Below, in pieces: positions 50,801-58,353 of a DNA stretch of 64,000 nucleotides. The DNA is from Candidatus Cloacimonadales bacterium. GTDB taxonomy: Bacteria; Cloacimonadota; Cloacimonadia; Cloacimonadales; JAFGVF01. The DNA lies in the NCBI GenBank assembly GCA_963667035.1, contig OY762964.1:416001-480000 (forward strand), read 5' to 3'. Under the pieces are notes generated by a model. That model was not told where the DNA came from and ran no database searches. It saw nothing but the letters and a program-made list of their open reading frames with translations. The position numbers were made by a program, and so were the translations under genes. How positions within the stretch are numbered: the stretch's first letter is position 1; each line of letters starts with the position of its first letter.

Positions 50801-52816
50801 TCTAACGGGTTCATCAGTTTCGTCCCTACAGAGTTAAGTACTTCAAGAAATCTACCTTTACCAGGTCCTATGACACCTGATCCTATAATTGCTCCTTTCT
50901 GGGATAATCTTGAAGTACATTCTGATGGAGGAGTATTCCATAAATATGACAGTGTAAATCACATATTTATCATAGAATGGTACAACATGAAGAATAGTTA
51001 TAATACATCCTATTCTGAAACATTTGAAATAATACTTTATGATCCTGAGTACTATCCAACATCAACAGGTGATGGAAAAGTTAAAATTCAATATCAGGAA
51101 TTTCATGATATTGATGCAGGAGATGCAGCTAGTTATACACCCGGTCATGGGCAATATTGTACTGTAGGTATTGGTGATCATACCGGACTGGACGGATTAA
51201 CATATTTGTTTGATCAAAGTTACCTTTCAACGGCACAACCTATCACCAATAATTGTGCTCTCATCATAACCGGTGAACCCTATGTCACTATTGCTCCTGT
51301 TTTAGATATTGATGATTACAATTATTCGGAGACTAATGGCAATGGGTTCATCGAACCGGGTGAGAGTGTGCAGTTAGGTATCACAATTACAAACAGTGGT
51401 ACTGCTAATGCTGAGAATGTTACTGCTACTTTGACTTCCGGTAGTCCTTATGTTACAATTCAAGATAATAGCATTGAATCTATTTCCGTCTTAATTGATC
51501 AAGTTGTTGTTACTGAAACCGGATTTGAGATTAGCATAGATTCACATACACCACTTGAACAGGAAATACCAATAAATATAAGTCTTACCAATGGAGTTGA
51601 TACTTGGGATAAAGATATGAGTTTGTTGGTTACAGCTCCAATGTTGGAACACTTTAGTTATAGGATTTCAGATTATGAGGATGGTAATGGTAATGGTATT
51701 CCTAATTCGGGAGAAACATTCTACTTCGTACAAGAAGTTGTAAACTACGGTAATGTAGATATTCAAGACATAGATGTTTCAATATCTTCTGATAATAATG
51801 GTGTAGTAATTGGAGACTGTACTGATAATATTTATAGAATACCGGCTCAATCAAGTACGCAAGTTTGGTTTGAAATTACTCTTCCTAACAACCTGAATGC
51901 AGGAGACGAGATTCAATTACAAACAACTTATACAAAAACTGATTGGTTCGCAGATAGTTATACCGCTACTCTTGAGGTTGATGTACATACATATCAAAGT
52001 GCAGGAGTTATAAGTGGTATTGTAAACGTAGACCATCCTGACGCAGTTGTTGAAGATGGTTTAATAAAAATTAATAATAGCGGTGCTTTAATAGATGAGA
52101 ATGGTTACTATAAGATGTTTGCAGGAAGTGGAACCTATTCTATTAAAGCGTTAATAAATCATTACATTCCAATAACTATAGAGGATGTTGAGCTTACTGT
52201 AAGCAATGATATGATTACTAGTGATATCGATTTTACTCCGGTACCATTACCCATAGCTAACCAACTTAATGGAGTAATCAGCTATCCTAATCTGACATTG
52301 ACTTGGCAGGAACCTCAAGAATCCGATTATGAGTGCTTGGGATTCAATGTATATAAAGCTATAAACGATAGTGAGTATTCCCTTTTGGGCTATACCGAAA
52401 ACAACGAATATGTAGATGTTCTAAATAATGGAGAAAACTATTTCTATCGTGTTGAAGCTGTTTATTCTATAGGAACAAGTTTCTTATCTGAAGTTTACAC
52501 TTGTAGTACAGGAGCAAATGATAACAATCAAACAGCTCTTGTAACAAAATTAAATGGAAACTATCCTAATCCTTTCAATCCAGTCACAAATATCTCTTAC
52601 AGTATCTCAGGAAAGACACATGTAAAAGTCGATATCTTTAATATAAGAGGTCAGCATGTTCAATCACTTGTTAATGAAGTTCAACCTACAGGCAACTATG
52701 TAGTAAGCTGGGAGGGTTTAAATAAAGACGGTGAGGAATGTGCTTCCGGATTATATTTATACAAATTAGAAACAGACAATTCGATCTCAATGAGAAAGGC
52801 TATGCTTATTAAGTAA
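47888..52816 (+). CDS. Gingipain-like C25 cysteine peptidase with Ig-like extensions and CTD
   Basis: Propeptide-like N-terminus, WKKQKG, YVLLIGD, FIGRMP, NYRGH, TCATGNF, NLMGDP; C-terminal GNYPNPFNP...RKAMLIK. Confidence 0.88.
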   Translation: MCKKITFFVPIFLIFWIGSLIASNDIAYENSNKNSFEILESSESGLKIKFSLPEYELQTDRASRGAVKIIKSESVTKASIPGVNEVPLYTTTVAIPNTGSVELEILSQETESINLPFLHSKFGDSSSEVIDPLTDLRLETGKLSSPAIIRDLRVVNLTLSPFKYNVEEDKLEVLKEVTYKLNYKQDRGNNELVRNDNTISSSFIPLYRSLVSNFDLISDRYEIDYNKRLLIVYGNSTNDQYMDKLDEFIRWKKQKGYSVTYASTQTTGTTTGSIKSYIQSKYNNHYTRPDYVLLIGDVTGSLSIPCWQVYNGDSDYPFTQLAGGDDLGDVFIGRMPAENVTDFLTMAEKVFVYERDLVPMPPAATAWYNRMLLVADTAPSGQSCQYVNYYARQVSEMVNPDYDYVELYAAQPSAQTMTATINQGVSFFNYRGHINMSYWDMPSEGEYTNANRLPHCVINTCATGNFGSTDVSDSFVRFGSPALPKGGLTAIGMATSDTHTMLNNVLSSGTFEGIFVHGMRDMSAPLLHSKWLLYFVYHDLLPVKAVEFPGWCNLMGDPTVEVFVGDPESLSVQYRESVRNSDTVYSVKVNDADGNDVNDACVTILYNNTQLIAYTNTSGIATLSLPSNMNVGEDFTLTVSKHDFIPVIRTIDINAESVLRIVNANFNDSNSGNGDSIVNAGEQIELNVEFENISDSSYAQSQLTLTTEDSYLTVNNGNSQLSAIAAGNTATNSTPFTITIDPNTPDEHLGELIISDGVNSFSTRIEILNGVMEVTSFQIFDNNGVLDIDEQVNILLNLENTGSHVLNGIVVELSSESELVYFPDGSAFFGNAQPGQTLSNITDGITIGTRVEFLTGTDVHLNARITDNNGYVQDREIVIAGSTPGVGNPSGPDSFGHFIYHSSDTNWSDAPEYDWIEIATHQNGDGTQIYLTDTSHDDDNSDFVDIVAFGNAQLPFDFTFYGVDYDEVYICSNGFISFVPTELSTSRNLPLPGPMTPDPIIAPFWDNLEVHSDGGVFHKYDSVNHIFIIEWYNMKNSYNTSYSETFEIILYDPEYYPTSTGDGKVKIQYQEFHDIDAGDAASYTPGHGQYCTVGIGDHTGLDGLTYLFDQSYLSTAQPITNNCALIITGEPYVTIAPVLDIDDYNYSETNGNGFIEPGESVQLGITITNSGTANAENVTATLTSGSPYVTIQDNSIESISVLIDQVVVTETGFEISIDSHTPLEQEIPINISLTNGVDTWDKDMSLLVTAPMLEHFSYRISDYEDGNGNGIPNSGETFYFVQEVVNYGNVDIQDIDVSISSDNNGVVIGDCTDNIYRIPAQSSTQVWFEITLPNNLNAGDEIQLQTTYTKTDWFADSYTATLEVDVHTYQSAGVISGIVNVDHPDAVVEDGLIKINNSGALIDENGYYKMFAGSGTYSIKALINHYIPITIEDVELTVSNDMITSDIDFTPVPLPIANQLNGVISYPNLTLTWQEPQESDYECLGFNVYKAINDSEYSLLGYTENNEYVDVLNNGENYFYRVEAVYSIGTSFLSEVYTCSTGANDNNQTALVTKLNGNYPNPFNPVTNISYSISGKTHVKVDIFNIRGQHVQSLVNEVQPTGNYVVSWEGLNKDGEECASGLYLYKLETDNSISMRKAMLIK

Positions 52817-52839
52817 CCTTTCTTGAGGCTAACCACCAG

Positions 52840-52909
52840 AGCCCTGTCCGAAAGGACAGGGCTTATTTTATTCCATAAAGAAAAGCCCTTCCCGATATCA
52901 AGAAGGGCT
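52840..52909. terminator. Pair of terminator hairpins between convergent genes
   Basis: AGCCCTGTCC-GAAA-GGACAGGGCT (52840-52863) and AGCCCTTC/GAAGGGCT (52884-52909). Confidence 0.75.
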
Positions 52910-52926
52910 GTTATATAATTATTATA

Positions 52927-53406
52927 CTATTTCTTAAACTTTTTCTCCATTGCTCTTTTCACTGGAGTAGGTACCATATCCATTAGATTGCCACCTGCTT
53001 CTGCAACTTGTCTGATTATAGAGGAAGAGAGATATAAGTATCTATAGCTGGGTATCAAGAAAAAGGTCTCAATACACTTCTCTAGCCTTTTATTAGTTAG
53101 AGCTACAGAAAGCTCAAATTCAAAGTCCGATAGAGCTCTCAAACCTCTTATCATTACTTCGCAGTTGTTTGATTTAGCAAATTCAACAGCTAACCCACCA
53201 AAAGGCATGACTGTAACATTAGGAAGATGAGCACAAGATTGTCTGCATAATTCTGTTCTCTCCTCAAGTGTAAACAAAGTATTTTTACCTGTAACGCCGG
53301 CTACAGCTAAAATTATCTCGTCAAAATGTGTTGATGCCTTTTCCAGTATGTTTATGTGTCCACTTGATATTGGGTCAAAAGTACCAGGATAACATGCACG
53401 CTTCAT
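52927..53406 (-). CDS. coaD: Pantetheine-phosphate adenylyltransferase
   Basis: YPGTFDPISSGH, IRGLRA.SDFEFE, LSSS. Confidence 0.96.
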   Translation of the reverse strand: MKRACYPGTFDPISSGHINILEKASTHFDEIILAVAGVTGKNTLFTLEERTELCRQSCAHLPNVTVMPFGGLAVEFAKSNNCEVMIRGLRALSDFEFELSVALTNKRLEKCIETFFLIPSYRYLYLSSSIIRQVAEAGGNLMDMVPTPVKRAMEKKFKK

Positions 53407-53410
53407 ATTA

Positions 53411-54643
53411 TTAACTCAGAGCTTCTTTGCGAATTCTTTCCAATTCTACTGCTTCTTTAGGAATGTTGATTGATAGATTAACATTTCCTGTTTCAGTAAC
53501 TAGAATATCATCTTCTATTCTTACACCTATTGCTTCTTCCGGTATGTACAATCCAGGTTCAACAGTTATAACATTTCCGACTTCGAGGACAGAATCCCTG
53601 GCACCTACATCATGCGTATCAAGACCTAAATGATGACCTATGCTGTGCATATAGTACTTTCTGAAATCCTTAGCGTCTTCAATAAGCTTAAGTTCAAGCA
53701 TAGCATTAGCCAAACCTTCGGAAGCAGCCAGATTGAGGTCTGTCATTGAGACCCCTGGTTTAATCATATCAATAATGTCTTTCTGGACTTTCAATACAGC
53801 GTTGTATACATCAAGTTGGCGGGGAGTAAATTCTCCGCTAATGGGAAAAGTTCTTGTTATGTCAGCACTGTAACCGTTGCAGGCAGCACCTACATCAAGT
53901 AGTACAAGAGTATTCTCGTCAACTACGCAATTGTTTTCTTCATAGTGTAAGGTAGTGGCATTTTTCCCACCTGCGATAATTGGTCTAAAACCCCAATGAC
54001 GGAAACCGTTTGATAGCATTTCATTATAGAGCATGGATTCTAAAGTGTATTCTGCCATACCTACTCTGCTATCATCCATTATCTTCCTAATTCCTTGACC
54101 TGTGATATCGATAGCTTTTTGCATCTGCTCTATTTCCCAAGCATCTTTTACGGAACGAAGAGGAGCGACTATCTTATTAATTCCTTGAAATCGGATATTC
54201 GGATAATGCTTTCTAATTTCCTTTATCCACATAGCAGAACGAGTTAATGGTGTTCCAAGAGGTATCTGAAAATCCTGTGAGTAGATAGTTTTAAAGGCCG
54301 GAGCATAAGCGGAAATGACTCTCTCAAACTCATCCAGATAGTATATGGAATCTATTCCCGAGATTTCAGTAGCTTCTTCTTTATACATCTTGGCACCTTC
54401 CCAAACAATACGTTCAGGGATGTTACGCTCTATAAACAGCATAGTTTGGCTATTTTTGCCAAAGTTTGCTTGAAGCATAATTGCATTAGGGATCTCAAGT
54501 CCGGTAAAGTAGAGGAAATTCTTTTCTTGGATAAAGTGATATATTCCACCGGGTAATGGATTGGCAAAAATTAAGATACCTTCACCCGATTCTAATTTTT
54601 CAAGAGCTTTTTCACGACGTGTAACATACATTTCTTTGTTCAT
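53411..54643 (-). CDS. pepP: Xaa-Pro aminopeptidase (M24B)
   Basis: TLHY, DVGA, ADITRTFP, HSIGHHLGLDTHD, TVEPGLY, GVRIEDD. Confidence 0.93.
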   Translation of the reverse strand: MNKEMYVTRREKALEKLESGEGILIFANPLPGGIYHFIQEKNFLYFTGLEIPNAIMLQANFGKNSQTMLFIERNIPERIVWEGAKMYKEEATEISGIDSIYYLDEFERVISAYAPAFKTIYSQDFQIPLGTPLTRSAMWIKEIRKHYPNIRFQGINKIVAPLRSVKDAWEIEQMQKAIDITGQGIRKIMDDSRVGMAEYTLESMLYNEMLSNGFRHWGFRPIIAGGKNATTLHYEENNCVVDENTLVLLDVGAACNGYSADITRTFPISGEFTPRQLDVYNAVLKVQKDIIDMIKPGVSMTDLNLAASEGLANAMLELKLIEDAKDFRKYYMHSIGHHLGLDTHDVGARDSVLEVGNVITVEPGLYIPEEAIGVRIEDDILVTETGNVNLSINIPKEAVELERIRKEALS

Positions 54644-54669
54644 TTTAACTCCCTTTATTGAGACTGAAA

Positions 54670-54975
54670 CTAGCCGGCTATTTTATCTTTGATCTCCTCG
54701 ATCTCATCTTTGGCGGCATCTATGTGCTTTTTAGTTTCTTTCTTTTTGGCTTTCAAATCTTTTTCAATCTCTTTCGTAGTTTTTTCTATCTCTTTTTGAG
54801 TCTGTTCAATTTCTTCTTTTGCTGTTTCTTTAAACTCTTTTGCTTCTTTATTCATCAGCTCAAGATGATTTTTCACCTTTTCCTGTTTTTCCTTTAAGTC
54901 ATCAACCTGTTTTGAACAAGCTGTGAATCCCCCTATAATGAGGGTTGAGCATATTATTGCAATTATCTTCCGCAT
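54670..54975 (-). CDS. Small coiled-coil lipoprotein
   Basis: Lipobox FTA-C, K/E-rich helical body, GGAGG RBS. Confidence 0.78.
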   Translation of the reverse strand: MRKIIAIICSTLIIGGFTACSKQVDDLKEKQEKVKNHLELMNKEAKEFKETAKEEIEQTQKEIEKTTKEIEKDLKAKKKETKKHIDAAKDEIEEIKDKIAG

Positions 54976-55130
54976 TCCTTAACCTCCGAATAATCTTTTA
55001 TTAACCAATTAACTAGATAATTCTGATGTCAAGTGAATTTATATCTTGTTTCAGCCATATCTGTAAAACAGTTGACAGTGTAATAGTTTATTGTATTAGT
55101 TTATTTGTTAGGATTAAACGGAGGTTCTTC

Positions 55131-55265
55131 ATGCGTCGTTTGGTAATGTTCATCTTTTTATTAATTGCTGTTCTACTTCTTAGCATCTTATCGAAATTTT
55201 CTGCCATTGCAACTGTGTTAAATAACCTTATTTTCATAATACCTCCGATTATAAATTACCCTTAA
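55131..55265 (+). CDS. Small hydrophobic ORF (44 aa) or truncated gene start
   Basis: GGAGG RBS before ATG 55131, TTGACA at 55072, signal-peptide-like sequence. Confidence 0.4.
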   Translation: MRRLVMFIFLLIAVLLLSILSKFSAIATVLNNLIFIIPPIINYP

Positions 55266-55544
55266 CTCAGTTTATTGCAATTGTTTGTTTTGAAAACCTA
55301 CTTAACGAACAATGGGTTATTATAGGGAAGGAGTACTCTCATACTTTTTTAAAGTGGTGAACAGTTCTTCTGGTTGCACTTAATAGCCTAGCTGTTTTAT
55401 ATATACCATGCTCTATTTATGATATTTTATCATGCAATCTAAGTAGTATTATTCTTGGTAAAACTTTGACCTCTCTAGGGTGGATACTTTTAAGGGTGAC
55501 TCGCCAATTCATTTTTTATGTTATTTTTTATCACTGTTCGGTCA

Positions 55545-55682
55545 ATGCTCCATCACAATTATTGAGAGTCTCTTGAGCAATCCCTATGCAAAACTACCGA
55601 ATCTCCAATTTTCCAGAACAAGTGATGCATTCGAATCTGATAAGAGTTTGAGATTGGTATAACAATTATTGTGATAGAGCAT
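55545..55682. mobile_element. MITE-like element / IS remnant
   Basis: 20-bp terminal inverted repeats, 18/20 match: ATGCTCCATCACAATTATTG ... CAATTATTGTGATAGAGCAT; no clear target duplication. Confidence 0.6.
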
Positions 55683-55841
55683 AGATATAGCAATGAATCA
55701 TTGGTTACACTTGTTTTATAATGTATGGGTTTAATATTTTAAACCTTCAAATGTTTCCAAAATATGCGTGTTAAGAATTGTTTTAAAACATATTCCTTAT
55801 GGTACAAGTTACTGAACCTATACATTAAGAAGCCGGCTTGC

Positions 55842-58160
55842 TTATTTCACCACCATCATTTTTCCAATGGCTTCACTACCTTCACAGCTGACTTTATAGA
55901 AGTATATCCCCGATGCTACAGATTTACGATTATTATCCTTGCAATCCCATACTTGTGAGTAATACTCACCGGACTGCTTATCCTCGGATGATAAGCCTGC
56001 ACTTCTTACTAACTGTGAGAAACTCTGAGTTATCTTAATATCTCTAACCTTCTGACCTCTGATATTGTATATCTCTAATGTAGGTTTCCCTATAGGTTTC
56101 TTTGGTAATGTAAACTCAATGAATGCAACTTTCCCATTATTACCGTTAGGTGTTACCGGATTAGGAAAATGCGATAACTGGATTGTTGAAGGTGGAGAGG
56201 GTGCTGTTTCATTGTAAATATCTACAGTAGGATTATATTCATGTGCTCCCATATCTATTATATTACCCCATACTCTCGGATTACCCGTTATATCCAATGC
56301 CGGCAAGTTCATACCTAATGTATCAGGTGTTCCTGCATTCACGCATGGAGAATTCTCTGTTAGTTGTACCCATCTTGTATCTCCAACAGGTACATCACCT
56401 TCTACATCTCCACGAAACATCGGATTTGCATCAATATTATTTACTCCCCACAATACATTGTTGTTGGGATTATCTGCTCCCGGTACTCCTGAAATTCCGT
56501 TTCTTACAAGACTGTAATCTATATCAATATTTGACCATAATGGATTAGTATCTCCTTCTGCTGGAACCCATACACCCATTTCATAAGCTCCGTCAGGATT
56601 ATAAATTAAACTATTCCTGATAGTGTAATCTCCACCAAATCTAGTCATAGCAGTTGGCCCTGTATTATGTGCAATCGTCATATTGTTAATATAGCACTCT
56701 TCATGGTAAGTAGAGAAGTTAAACATGGGCATAGAGTTTGATAACGATGTATTGTTATATGCTAAGAAATTATTCAATTCAAGGTTACCCATTACATTGC
56801 TTTCAACAGAATTCCCATATGAAAAAATAACTCCAGTATCTTCAATTATCACATTTGTTATCAGCATATTATTAACAGATACTTTACTTCTAGCGAACCT
56901 TACTAATACAGTAGAGCTATCTTCCATAATGTTAGAAATACTATCAATAATAGTATTATTAAATATCGTATTCTTACACTCGTATGTTTTGATACAAGAT
57001 ATTTTATGTAAATCATGTTCGACACTATTTACCGAAATATTATTAAAAATTATGTTATTACTATACAAAATTAATAATCCTGGATATTCAGAATAATTAT
57101 TGATACATGCAACATCATGAACAAGTACATTACAACTCCTACTTACAAGCAAAACAGTTTCAACTTGTTCATTTGCTTGTGTGATAGTAAAATTACCGAC
57201 TTCAACATTAGTTGCATTTGAAATACCAATCTTACTATCCTCTCCTACATTTCCTATCACAACTTCATTAGGTATATCACCCATACCTAACATCTTAGTA
57301 TGAGATTGTAAAGCAATTGGGAAAAACTGATTGTTCAGTTCTGAACTGTATGTCCCCGGTAATAAATGAACAGTATGAGGATTAAGACTATCGGGTTTAA
57401 CCATCCGATTTGCATAGGCGATTGTTTGTAAAGCTGTTTCAGGACTAAGTCCATTATTGTTATCATCACCATCCGGAGAGACATACAAATCAGCATCTAT
57501 TTGACTGAAATAATTGTTCTGTACTGATATTTGTGGAGAAGGTAATCCCTCTTCATGAAAGTAAGACACAAAGAATCCATCAGGTTCGGCAATATTAACG
57601 CTCAGCGTATCGAGGACAATGTTAGTGCATTGAGAGTTATAAATGAAGATGTCTTGTACATCTCCATAATTGTTGAAGATGCTGTTTAAATTAGTAGTAT
57701 CATAAACTAAAGAAGCACCATTAAGTCCAATTCCTCCACCTTGATAGACAGTTCTATTTCCAAAAATCCTACATCCGGATAAAACAAGATTACTTGATTG
57801 TGTACATCTTATTCCACCGGTATTTAGTATTGTAAAACCGTTAAGAATAGCATTTTGTTCACCGTTAATCACTACTACACAACTAGATTGCTGATTCCCA
57901 TCAATAATAGTCGATTCAACAATACTCCAGTCATGGTTATTGGCATATTCGCTACAAACAGTAATGCTTTTGCCAACAAAGTCAATGTTCTCAAGATATC
58001 TTCCGGGATACACAAGTACTGTATCACCATTGTTTGATGCATTAATAGCTGATTGGATAGAGGTGTATGGATGAGTTCCATCAAGTGATACTTCTAGAAT
58101 AATAGAATTGAGGGTCAACATTACCGTTAATAATGATATTAGCAAACAAAGTGTTTTCAT
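55842..58160 (-). CDS. Secreted beta-helix (DUF1565-like) CTD protein
   Basis: Same architecture as 18116 and 20738; DLYVSPDGDDNNNG, SPCVNAG, HFPNP...KMMVVK. Confidence 0.87.
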   Translation of the reverse strand: MKTLCLLISLLTVMLTLNSIILEVSLDGTHPYTSIQSAINASNNGDTVLVYPGRYLENIDFVGKSITVCSEYANNHDWSIVESTIIDGNQQSSCVVVINGEQNAILNGFTILNTGGIRCTQSSNLVLSGCRIFGNRTVYQGGGIGLNGASLVYDTTNLNSIFNNYGDVQDIFIYNSQCTNIVLDTLSVNIAEPDGFFVSYFHEEGLPSPQISVQNNYFSQIDADLYVSPDGDDNNNGLSPETALQTIAYANRMVKPDSLNPHTVHLLPGTYSSELNNQFFPIALQSHTKMLGMGDIPNEVVIGNVGEDSKIGISNATNVEVGNFTITQANEQVETVLLVSRSCNVLVHDVACINNYSEYPGLLILYSNNIIFNNISVNSVEHDLHKISCIKTYECKNTIFNNTIIDSISNIMEDSSTVLVRFARSKVSVNNMLITNVIIEDTGVIFSYGNSVESNVMGNLELNNFLAYNNTSLSNSMPMFNFSTYHEECYINNMTIAHNTGPTAMTRFGGDYTIRNSLIYNPDGAYEMGVWVPAEGDTNPLWSNIDIDYSLVRNGISGVPGADNPNNNVLWGVNNIDANPMFRGDVEGDVPVGDTRWVQLTENSPCVNAGTPDTLGMNLPALDITGNPRVWGNIIDMGAHEYNPTVDIYNETAPSPPSTIQLSHFPNPVTPNGNNGKVAFIEFTLPKKPIGKPTLEIYNIRGQKVRDIKITQSFSQLVRSAGLSSEDKQSGEYYSQVWDCKDNNRKSVASGIYFYKVSCEGSEAIGKMMVVK

Positions 58161-58260
58161 ATTCCTACTTTTTTATATTTACCGGGTACGCGGACATCCT
58201 TGTCCGCACTCTTTGTAGGCAAGATGCCTGCCTATAAACAAGGGCAGGATATACCTGCCC
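58161..58260 (-). repeat. Structured leader copy 4
   Basis: Minus strand: GGGCAGGtatatCCTGCCC...GCAGGCATCTTGCCTAC...GCGGACAAGGATGTCCGCGTACC...AAAGTAGG-AAT-ATG. Confidence 0.85.
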
Positions 58261-58353
58261 CCAATATCCATAGTTTTATTTGAGTAGCATCATTTTCTTT
58301 GTCAAGATTTCCTCTTCTATAAAAAATATTGTGTAAATTATAAACATTTGCGA

